From Enoplolaimus lenunculus (Eukaryota): a stretch of 64,000 nt of DNA. The stretch covers positions 124,001 to 188,000 of the forward strand of contig JASANG010002537.1 of NCBI GenBank assembly GCA_030248215.1, read 5' to 3'. Position 1 is the stretch's first letter; every line of letters begins with the position of its first letter. Positions 12,687 to 23,000 of this stretch are shown piece after piece. Below the pieces are notes generated by a model. That model ran no database searches and was not told where the DNA came from. It saw only the letters and a program-made list of their open reading frames with translations. The position numbers and the translations under genes are program-made.

Positions 12687-15600
12687 ATGCTGACCGGCTT
12701 AGCGCGTGCAAACCGAGCTTCATGGTCAAACTCGAGTGCGCTTTCGTATCCGGTTATCTTGGTCGCGATTTGGTGGCTGTTTAGTTGGATATCGGAGCTA
12801 ATTGCACAAAAAGGCACATCGTTTCCTGTTTACGCTCGCACAAAAGCTGAAGAGTTGAATAAAATATCAGCGACCCCACGAATTTTACACAAGTTACTGC
12901 AGAACACTGCTATCCTTCGAATTGCTTCGTGTCAAAAATTTGCACTGCTAATAACATCATTAGCTGCAGTTTTATCTCAAAGATGCGTCTACAATTCGCC
13001 TCCGAAACATGCGTGCGCCTATTTAATCGCTGCAACTGTTGGTGATTTTCTAGCAACGTTAAGCGTACTTGTAATTGCGACCGTTGCTCAACTGGTTACC
13101 ACGGGTGTCCACTCTAGTGTCGTGAACATACAGCTTGGTCCATTACTGACACTATTTGTAACGTCGCTATTCTGCAATAAACAGCTGGTTGCCTTTTCCG
13201 GCATTAAATCGAACCTAGCGACGAAAGGCTGTGATAAAATGTGCCTTAAAGTATGGTTCGTTACTACGATTGCTTGTACGGGTGCAACATTTGTTGCAAC
13301 AATGAATTCAGTAACATCACGCGTTTGCCTTGTTTTTCAACTCGTTTATATTGTATCGTCAGTTGTTCGCAATTTAAGCTTGAAAGCGTTATATTCAAAA
13401 TGGTCACCTGTTCACTGTTATTCGCTAATTGCGGCGTACGGTCTTTTCCTACTGATACCGTTACAAATGATAAATTTCATATTATCGCTAACGTTCGAAA
13501 CCGACACAGTTGCGGACAACGAAAATTATTGGATACAACACAACTCAGCTTCGTATGAGTATCAAAATTCTGATTATTATTATGATTATGACAATTTTGA
13601 ACATGATACCAAATCAACGAATAGCCTTATAGGTCCTGTGTTTTCTGGAGTATTTCACAGCGGTGCCGCGTTAGCATCAGCATATCTTTTATATTTCACA
13701 CCGTTTCCACTCACTCATGCTTATATCAGTATGGTTCGTGAAATTGTTTACATTTTAAGTTGTAAAATTCTGAGCAGCACGTTTTCAATCTCGCCTTTTG
13801 AAACTCATACAGTGCGTACACGTTCAGTAATGCAATATAATGAATTAATGCAACACAGCTTAAACCAACAAATGGTATCATATTTAGGACTACTACTACT
13901 TGCAGCTAGCGTCGGTTATTATTTCGTGTGTATTATAACATCAAATAATTTGTGGTCTCGAGCACGTTCGACCGATCAGCCAGGACCCTCACCAGCATCC
14001 GGTCAGAAAACAAAACTATGTGTGTCATTGTACGGCGGACTAATTGTATTTGCCATTACTGCAAACGGCATTCTGCTAACAATGAACAATCGTCACACAG
14101 GTTGGGCAGTTACTCAATCATCACAGCATAAAATAGACCCGCCGTACTACGGTGATTACAATTATACGCTAGTAGCTTGTTGGACGTCGTCTAACGGTAT
14201 ACCAGATAGTACGTTGTTAACCAAACTGTGTTATTACGATGAAATTCCCATCGCAATATGTTGTTCGCATGTTGCTTACACCGATCGCGTACAAGAAGCA
14301 CTTGACAACACGATGCTTGGAGAAAATTTGCGTTTCACAAAGTCAGTCGATATATCAAAATTGTTGTTTTCGTCAACGTTTCGTCATCTTTTCCGTTTGG
14401 ATCGCGGTTTATTAATTCGTATCAAAAGCAAACTAAGCCGACAATTTGGTCAATTTTTGGCAAACGCGATCCGATTAAGTGTGCTACTCGCACAACCAGC
14501 CGGTACAATTTACTGCGATTTAGATTATGTCAAACCATCGGTTAAACAGATACCCAACTGCAATCATAGCTGGATACTTGTGGCGAAACAAAATGAACAA
14601 ACAAGACATACTGCACCAATGCTTGTACACATCACAGAAGCCGATCGTACAACAATTTTAGAAATGTTGCGGCGTTTGGTTGACGTTAGCTTATCGACGC
14701 TTGAACAGAACAGGTCAATCTCTTGGACACAAGTAAACCAACGAACTGGCAATAACTCAGGATTGCGCTTATTTACAAACAATCTAAATACGGCGGAAGC
14801 AGATCAAGCCTATGGTGGCGACAAATCGCTGTTAGCGTTAACAAACTATGTTCACAAAATTATGACTGGCAAACTTTGTGACGCACAATTCTGTCCTACA
14901 ACATACGGCATTAATTTAGACAGCAGTGTCAACGAAGCTACGCTTAATAACAGCGGTGAAACAGCGGCTTCGCAACTATTGAAAAACAAAAATCAAAACG
15001 CCAACAACAACTTAGAAAACCTACAAATATCATCGTGGTTAAAATTGGTATGGCTGCAACTAATGCTGCCTGACATGACACTCGAGTATGATGTGTCTCA
15101 TTTTTCTGACAAAATATTTAATAGCAAAACAAGTCTTTTGGACACTTTTGGTCTTCGTGGTAACAATAAATGGCAATGGACAGATGTACACACATTGACG
15201 GTGTGTTCCGGCGCTAACTACGTGAACGCGTCGTATATTGAACATATATCAACGGTAATAAAAACAATGGTGAACTTGACCAAGCAAGAAAATAACGCTA
15301 CAGTCACAAGCGCTGAACGCGAAAGTATAGCGGACCAAAAAATTGAATTTTTGAAAAAATATATCGCAAAGTGTGCAGTTTTACTTTTAAACCCAAATCT
15401 ATGCACAGGCGTAGTTGATGCTAAATCAACTAACGTACTAGTAGACATAGCAAGTGAACATACTCGAAAACTGGTTATTGAAACATTAAAATTCAAATCT
15501 ATACCGGTGTACATATACAAAGAAAACCCAATGGGCAACGAACCCGTAACCGATACACTGAAACGCTTATGTGCACTGCAAACTTCCAGTAAAGTGATAA

Positions 15601-16973
15601 CAGATAAAATTGAAACTGCACTTGTTGGCGTTGCCGTAGACCGCCAAGTGATATGGGCTGGTGAATTGTTTCATGATTTTTTGAACAAATCTTTTTCACA
15701 CCGGTATCCGATTCCAAACCGACTCGGACTCCAACGAGATATGCTCATCGACTTGGTCCACGTTCCAAAATGTGCAGTTAATACTACTCAATATTTTGAA
15801 CACTCAGCAAAACTGAACCGCAACCCGAATTGTTTACAGGATCGTTTGAAAGTGTTGCTGTTGACCGAAGCAGAGCCGAATCCAAATCCCGCACTGTTTA
15901 TGAGGCTCCGCGCCACCATGTTCGCATCGCTACCAGCCGCAGTCAAAACCTGTGCTCAGTTCTTCAAACTAGTTCCGTATCCGAAACCGAAATTAATCAG
16001 TCAATCACAACAAAATCTTTCACCCTTATTTCGTCCTCAAATTCACGACAGCAGTATAAACAATTCTTCAGCTAATGAATACAACCGATTACTATTTCAT
16101 TTGATATTCACAACTACACCACAACAAGCACTTGAAGTTTTTCGGTCATCAATTAACGTTAGCGGCGCGTTTAACTTCCGTCATATGCGAACCATTGAAT
16201 CGATATTTTATCATCATCCAAACGCAACCGTTTTCATTCATAGTAACACACTCGACGCAAAACAAATTGCAATTTTTCCACAAACCGGATATGATTGTCG
16301 GATTTTACCTTATAACTTGCACAAAATAATTGCCCATTCACCAGCGTTTCGCTTTACTGCATCTCGTCTTCACAAAGCTAGCAAAGGTCAATATTGGTAC
16401 AGTCATGAAACCGATTTGCTCCGACTGCTTATATTATACCATTGGGGAGGCGTTTATGTCGATACAGATATCATCCTGGTGCGTCCGTTTGATTCGCTTC
16501 CGGCTAACGTAATAGGCTGGGAAAATGTCAATACTACAATTGGTTCTTTAAACGGAGCGGTACTAAAATTTTCTAACGCTCGTCAACCATTCATTGCGGC
16601 GTGTTTGCGCGAATTTGCGGACAATTACAGACCAGAATGGAGTTCAAACGGTCCTGATCTGCTGACACGGGTGTGGCGGGCACGTAACGCTTCGGATGTT
16701 ACTGTTCAAAAAGATCAAATTACTACTGTTCATTATCAAACGTTCTATATGTTCAAATATAGTCATGTCGGTAGTTTTTGTTTTGGACACATCCCACAAT
16801 CACTGTTATTGGAAAAACTTAAAATAATGAAAACAAACGCATACGCAGTCCACTTGAACTATAAATTAACTGGGAACATTGCGACTACTGATCATAGTAT
16901 GCAAATAAAAAACGGAACACTTTGCAAGCATTTATTGAACTCGTTTTGTGTATTTTGCAATTTTGAATTTTAA
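12687..16973 (+). CDS. Single-exon multidomain membrane protein: SLC35E/TPT-like transporter fused to GT32 (alpha-1,4-glycosyltransferase-like) domains
   Basis: The frame is open from 12642 to TAA at 16973; the first in-frame ATG is at 12687, while the ORF track starts at TTG 12654. The N-terminal ~430 aa are multi-TM with TPT-like motifs (LVAIWWLFSW, VRNLSLKAL, PLTHAYISMVREIVYI, LGLLLLAASVGYY). The C-terminal ~290 aa carry GT32 motifs IESIFYHHPNA, DLLRLLILYHWGGVYVDTD, LNGAVLKF, NGPDLLTRVW and AVHLN. An upstream exon cannot be excluded. Confidence 0.85.
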   Translation: MLTGLARANRASWSNSSALSYPVILVAIWWLFSWISELIAQKGTSFPVYARTKAEELNKISATPRILHKLLQNTAILRIASCQKFALLITSLAAVLSQRCVYNSPPKHACAYLIAATVGDFLATLSVLVIATVAQLVTTGVHSSVVNIQLGPLLTLFVTSLFCNKQLVAFSGIKSNLATKGCDKMCLKVWFVTTIACTGATFVATMNSVTSRVCLVFQLVYIVSSVVRNLSLKALYSKWSPVHCYSLIAAYGLFLLIPLQMINFILSLTFETDTVADNENYWIQHNSASYEYQNSDYYYDYDNFEHDTKSTNSLIGPVFSGVFHSGAALASAYLLYFTPFPLTHAYISMVREIVYILSCKILSSTFSISPFETHTVRTRSVMQYNELMQHSLNQQMVSYLGLLLLAASVGYYFVCIITSNNLWSRARSTDQPGPSPASGQKTKLCVSLYGGLIVFAITANGILLTMNNRHTGWAVTQSSQHKIDPPYYGDYNYTLVACWTSSNGIPDSTLLTKLCYYDEIPIAICCSHVAYTDRVQEALDNTMLGENLRFTKSVDISKLLFSSTFRHLFRLDRGLLIRIKSKLSRQFGQFLANAIRLSVLLAQPAGTIYCDLDYVKPSVKQIPNCNHSWILVAKQNEQTRHTAPMLVHITEADRTTILEMLRRLVDVSLSTLEQNRSISWTQVNQRTGNNSGLRLFTNNLNTAEADQAYGGDKSLLALTNYVHKIMTGKLCDAQFCPTTYGINLDSSVNEATLNNSGETAASQLLKNKNQNANNNLENLQISSWLKLVWLQLMLPDMTLEYDVSHFSDKIFNSKTSLLDTFGLRGNNKWQWTDVHTLTVCSGANYVNASYIEHISTVIKTMVNLTKQENNATVTSAERESIADQKIEFLKKYIAKCAVLLLNPNLCTGVVDAKSTNVLVDIASEHTRKLVIETLKFKSIPVYIYKENPMGNEPVTDTLKRLCALQTSSKVITDKIETALVGVAVDRQVIWAGELFHDFLNKSFSHRYPIPNRLGLQRDMLIDLVHVPKCAVNTTQYFEHSAKLNRNPNCLQDRLKVLLLTEAEPNPNPALFMRLRATMFASLPAAVKTCAQFFKLVPYPKPKLISQSQQNLSPLFRPQIHDSSINNSSANEYNRLLFHLIFTTTPQQALEVFRSSINVSGAFNFRHMRTIESIFYHHPNATVFIHSNTLDAKQIAIFPQTGYDCRILPYNLHKIIAHSPAFRFTASRLHKASKGQYWYSHETDLLRLLILYHWGGVYVDTDIILVRPFDSLPANVIGWENVNTTIGSLNGAVLKFSNARQPFIAACLREFADNYRPEWSSNGPDLLTRVWRARNASDVTVQKDQITTVHYQTFYMFKYSHVGSFCFGHIPQSLLLEKLKIMKTNAYAVHLNYKLTGNIATTDHSMQIKNGTLCKHLLNSFCVFCNFEF

Positions 16974-17784
16974 CGTTAAAACGTTTTCAGTCGTTGTAAT
17001 GTCCAATCATAACCTGCCATTACAATTACTTCGAAATAGTTTCGCACTGTGGTTGCTGTTTTTACAACTACGAGTCAAGATACGAAGCCAAGAAATATTT
17101 ATGCCTATGCTAAACTGAATTTCGTGTATGTTGCACTCCAATCAAAACACCTGTCTGCCCCAATTAATTAATGTGACGTCTAAAACCTGGAAAAATATGA
17201 GTTCGTTTAAGGGACCACATATTTAGAGATTCAACTAAATACGCATGTTTTCTTGGTTACTTTCGCTATATGCAAGCGATTGAAAATTTCGATATTTTGT
17301 TGAGCTAATAAAAATATCTTTATACTCGCCGGTAACGTGTATTTAATATAGATGAACACCGCATATCTGGATATGAAAAATATTCCAATATGTATCCGAA
17401 ATGAAATATGTAGTTGGACATCCCGATATCCGCAGTACATCCGAAATGCTATTGTGTAAAAATTTTTTGGAACAATTTGTAGTTTCTCCACTAAAGTAGC
17501 TAAAAGTAAAAAATTTGTATTCGAACCTTCGGTCATATTAATATTGCACGAAATTTGTAGTGACGCGAATAAGGAGAGAGTCCCACTTTGAGCCCCAATC
17601 AATAAAAGTCCATATCCCTAACAAGAGTACGTAAGCGGATAGTCTTTAAACCGTAATTAGACTCCATAAAATGTCAATTTTTCCCTAATTGTAGCGCATA
17701 AATGACTCCAAGACGAAATAAAGTTGGGATCATAACTTTAAAGCATCATTATCGCTCAAGTTCTAGATAGAAGACAAATAAACG

Positions 17785-17957
17785 GGCCAATGTTACTTTT
17801 AAGGGCGTAACAGTAGATTAAGCGTATTCCTAAGCCTAAGCATAAGCGTTGCAAAAATGTGTTCCTAAGCCTAAGCAAAAAAATGCTATATAGAATCTAA
17901 ACCTACTCTTTTATAGACCCACCAGAAACTTGGACGACCCTTAAAGTAACATGGGTC
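17785..17957. mobile_element. MITE of the same family as 5820-6021
   Basis: Perfect 8-bp TSD AATAAACG at 17777-17784 and 17958-17965. TIRs GGCCAATGTTACTTTTAAG / CTTAAAGTAACATGGGTC. Confidence 0.8.
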
Positions 17958-18849
17958 AATAAACGTTTAATTCAACGGATAGTTGCAATATCGAGTATGT
18001 ATCGATAAGTACTAAAAAGCATGAATCTTTAACGTACCTAGTTTGCGGATTTTGACAACGGTAAAAGTTTTTCCAGAACGAAAATACAAGTTTCCGGTAT
18101 TTTGATGATACTTTCTGTTCCTCTTTCTGGTGAAAATAAAACCTTGCGATTCGAAATTTTTTTCACGCGACATGCAACTTCATTTCCCATACGTTAACGA
18201 AAAAATATATAAATGTTACTCAACTAGTTATCCCGCAACATAATAATCTAACGTTTCAACATATTTTCGTTGTCTGCCGTATTCAAACTTGTCAGAATTG
18301 AAAAAAATAAAAAAAACATGACGCACATTTACCTTCCGTTCCAATCAACTGAAAAAGTTGGGGGCACATTGGCTCTTGTTCTCCCATATTTAAAGCTTTT
18401 GTACGCCATCTACAACCACCTAGGTGAGTTCGCTGGATGGAAATAAAATTTTTCAATTTCACGAAAACTTTTATTTCAAATACGGAACAAAAAATTGATT
18501 CGTAATTTTTGGCCTATACGAAAATTATAAATTGTAAACGAGACTATTTCAAGAATTGAAATTGAGATGTCAAATCGTTTTAAATTCCGTTTTTTGAATT
18601 GCAGTCACAGAAAATACGAAACTGTCTTCACGAAATTTGATGGATGCCGCAATTTGAACATGGCAAATGTTCGATATTTTAAATTTTGAGGACAGCTAAC
18701 CAGATAACTCCAACCAGGTTTTTAGAATGAAGTAAAGGTACAAACCGTTTAATAAAAATCATCATAATGATCACTGTCTGAGCACAGAAAACCCACGCCA
18801 GCTCTGCCTATGTACACTTTGCGCGATTTGTCCGGCAAGAAGATACCTA

Positions 18850-19296
18850 TTGTAGTAACCCGAATAAGAGGGGCACTGATATTTATCTGGCCTCTCCAGA
18901 GGGTACCCCCGTTGTTACTCGGTTACGGACTGTTTTTTATTTTATCCCACCCTCCCTCCTTTTCGTTACTAATATATATTCGGTATTGCAACTATCCCTT
19001 GAATTAAACGTTTGTTTGCCTTGTATCAAAAGCTTGAACGATAATGCAGCGTTATACTTCGGAATGTACTTTCAAAATTTAAGTACGAAAGCAAAAAATT
19101 TGAACTCAAATTTATTTGGTCCTGGAGTCATTTATGCACTACAATTAGAAATAATTGACCTTCGTGGACTCCAATTAGGATTTAGGGACCCTATCCGCTT
19201 ACGGACTCTTATTAGGGATACGGATTCCTATTGATTGGGACTCAAAATGGGGACCCCCTCTTATTACCCCACACCCTCATATTCGGGTCACTACAG
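18850..19296. mobile_element. TA-flanked MITE (Tc1/mariner-type), copy 1
   Basis: TIRs TGTAGTAACCCGAATAAGAGGGG / CCCTCATATTCGGGTCACTACAG with TA on both sides. Colinear with 19591-20017. Confidence 0.85.
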
Positions 19297-19590
19297 TAGG
19301 CTTATTTTGCGACAAAGCAAGCCAAAAGTTTTACTACAATAATTAGAGGCGCGTTCCAGCATGTGTGCTACCGTATGAGGGCGTAGCCAGGTGTAGGAGT
19401 TTAAACCGTCTTTGTGATTTTTCTAAGGGCATTTATACATCTTTCAGTTGGTAACACAGAAAACCCTCTTCGAAATTGTACACGACGTACCCCCCTTTCA
19501 AAATCCTGACTACGCCCATGCCACACTACACTTGTGAAAACCGAGAAGTAAGTACAGTGATGCAATGTGTAAATATCAGTTATCAACGTA

Positions 19591-20017
19591 CTGCAGTAAC
19601 CCGAAAAAGAAGGGGATTGATATTTATTTGGCCTCTCCAGAGGGCACCCCCTGTTATTCGGTTACGGACTGTTATTTATTTTTAACACGCGCTCCGCCAC
19701 CCTTCGTTACTGATATATATCCCGGTGCTGCAACTATCCGTTGAATTAAACGTATATTTGTCTTGTATCAACAGCTTGAACGATAATGCAAGGTTATACT
19801 TAGGAATGTACTTTCAAAATTTAAGTACGCTTTAAAGTTTCGAACTCAAATTATCTGGTCCTAGAGTCATTTATGCACCACAATTAGGGATAATTGACAT
19901 TTATGGACTCTAATTAGGGTTTAGGGAATCTATCCGCTTACGGACTCTTATTAGGGATACGGACTCCTATTGATTGGGACTCAAAATAGGGACCCCCTCT
20001 TATTCGGGTCACTACAG
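19591..20017. mobile_element. TA-flanked MITE (Tc1/mariner-type), copy 2, ending 10 bp from the PRKDC stop
   Basis: TA|CTGCAGTAACCCGAA ... TTCGGGTCACTACAG|TA. A partial inverted copy lies at ~17556-17760 and a fragment at ~10215-10340. Confidence 0.85.
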
Positions 20018-20027
20018 TATTCTACGA

Positions 20028-20089
20028 TCAAAACCACGGGCTCCATCCTTGCCAAATTCTGGCGTAAGTTATCGGATCGATAGCCATTT
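20028..20089 (-). CDS. PRKDC: PRKDC terminal coding exon (FATC end)
   Basis: Acceptor TTTCAG, then (E)MAIDPITYARIWQGWSPWF-TGA, in phase with the upstream exon 20327-20490. Confidence 0.93.
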
Positions 20090-23000
20090 CTGAAATAACA
20101 TTTAAAATGTTTCATCACATCAATTTGATTCTCCGACCATAAAATCATCTACTATAATTTAATTTAGCTGCTAATCATTTATAACGTAACCAGTACTTTC
20201 AAGACACATAGCTCCCGTTTTTGATTCAAGGCTTACACTGATACTTTCGCCAGATACCGACATGACTGTACGATCTTGACAAATAAGAAACATGTTACAT
20301 GTACTACAATTCAATAATTTACATACCTAACAGGCAATCAACTTGCTGTTCGGCCGAGAGCTGGTGTTCTGGATACCCTCTGGGGTGTTTTCGGTCTGAA
20401 CTTGTAACAACATCGTCGTATTTGCCGTACAAAACAGTTTCAACCTTCGGAAAATGTTCGCGCTTGCCAATGCCCAACTTAACCTCGTCTCTATAATCAC
20501 ACAATTACTTCAATTATATTTTTAAGCTCTGCTAATAAGACGCCTTAAGTTACAAGCGTCACAACATAGGATGAATTCGTTCCATTCATTACTGATACCG
20601 AAACATCGTATGACCCAAATGTCACAACAAACGATATCATAATCAAAAAAAGTGCTATATATCACTAATTGAGCGAAGCTCGGAGTTTCGCGAAGCGTTT
20701 TATGTTTTGTACTTGGGGGTCGAAAGATGGATGTCCGTCCGTCTGTCCGTTCGAAGAGAATCTCAGGAACGGCTGAACCGATTTTGATAAACTTTTTTGT
20801 TTAAAAGTCAATTATACTGGTTGTTAACCTCGCAGTGGGGTTTTAAAATTTTAAGCCGTTTATTAGCTGCAGGCTAATTTGCATAATTAATTAAGCCTAA
20901 ATTAGGACTTTCCACAATAATTTAACTAATTGTTACAGTTAGAAGCAATCTAATTTTAGCATTAAAAGGTTTTTGAGTGCGAGGAATCTGCATAGACTGT
21001 TTATAAACCTTCAAAACCGATAATTGAGCAGTTAGCTAACAGATAATTTGCATATTAGCATAGTTTATAAGCCTAAATTAGGACTTTTTACAATATTTCA
21101 CTAATTATTAAGGTTAAAAGCAATATAATTTCAGCAATAAAGGGTTTTTAGGTGCCAGGAATTTAAATAAATAGTTTACGAGCATCCAAAACCGACAACC
21201 GAATAGTAGGCTAATAGATGATTGGCATATTTGCTTAATTGATAAGACAGAATTAGGACTTTTTAAGTTATTTCAATAATTATTAGGGTGACTTAAGGTT
21301 TTTGGGTACGGGGAATCTGAGTAAATTGCTCACATACCTCCAAAACTAATAAATAAATAGTTAGCTAAAAACTAATTTGCATATTACCTTAATTGCTTAC
21401 GTGTGCTCGAGTTTCGCTCAATAAATGTAGTCCACTACGACTGGTAATGTCTTATTATCGTTCCTGATCTGAGCAAAGGGTCTAAGTAATATAATTTGTG
21501 AAATTGAGTATTTTAGTATTATAGCATTCCACATACGTACACCGTTAGCCTCTATCTCTAAATTGACATAGCAATAATGAACAGAATTGCAAATGACCTA
21601 GAAAAAAGATTTTTATAAGCAAAACTTGTTAATTTAGTAAAATATTATCTATAAGGTGTTGTTAAATCTTTTGTTTTACGCTTATTTTTTGCAAAATTGC
21701 ATTAATTTTTGACCGAAATTCTACCAAAAATGAAAACAAAACGTACCAAACATAATATAAACTTTGCTAAATCGTAAACAAAATCTTTTGTGAAAGCAAG
21801 AGATGGCACGAGCTGTCGTTCATTAATTGTTTACTGTCACTAAAAATGACCAATTATTTCTGAATGTGAACCATGCAATTGGATTACAATAACGCAAACC
21901 TTCGAATGGTGATGGGCAACGATAAGACGGTAGTACAACGACCCAGCAATACGTTTTATGTTACCTCATAATCGGAATAGGATTGTCGCCATCAAGTTTT
22001 CGGCTCGCAACATCAATTTTTTGTTTCGGAAACCACACATTTGTTGACGTTATTAGCGCAACAGCAGTCTCTCCATTTTCGCGTAACTGTCGTCGCGCAT
22101 TGTCCTAAGATATTAAACCAGGAACTCATAACAGAATTTTACAATAACGATTACAGTTTTTTGAGTAACAAGATGACTACGAATATTTTCGCTATAAAAC
22201 TTTTGTACCATTGATAATAAAAGCATTTCACTAATATGACCATTACAGGGAACGTTTCCATTAATCTTTTTCAAGCGTATAAAAGTAATTGAATTCAACA
22301 TCAGTGATGTGCGGCAAAGATGGGTGGTCGACCGAGACCGATACCCAACCTAACCTACCGAGACCGAGACTTTTGGTCTCGGTCTCGGTCATTTTTAACC
22401 GTTACCGAAAATAAAAAGAAGATTTTTTAAGCAAAGTTTTGATTTTTATCTGCTCTGAATTGCTGTTTCATACAATTAAACTAATAAATGGCCGCCGAAC
22501 ATTATTTGTTACTTTATTTTTCACTTTGCTACTGTCAATACCTTACGAACAGGCTCGGCACAAATCACACAGTGTCAAAACATCCTCGATACAATCCTAA
22601 TTCAGAGCTATAGTGTTGTTTTTGCTCCTGGATAAACCAAATAGACTGGAAAACTTTTAACATAGCGTCACGTTATAAATACGGATGACCCATAATTTTT
22701 AACACGATGCCTTAAATGATTTAAACGCGAAAATGCAAGTTTTTGTGTTTTGTCACAATAAAATCAAAGTGTTTTAAGTTTCCATTCAAAAATAGAAATT
22801 TCGGTAACCGGAGGGTTATTCTGTTTCTCAAATCGCTGTATAACCAGGTTGCCGTGCTCCACAATCGTTCGCAGTCTGTGTTAGTAGGCGAAATGCGCAA
22901 GTACTCCCGGGCCAAAACTGCGATCAAAGAAAAATCTTTTTGATTCCTTATCGCTTTTTCGCCTCTTTGGTCTCGATTTGTAAACAACCGAGACTGAAAA

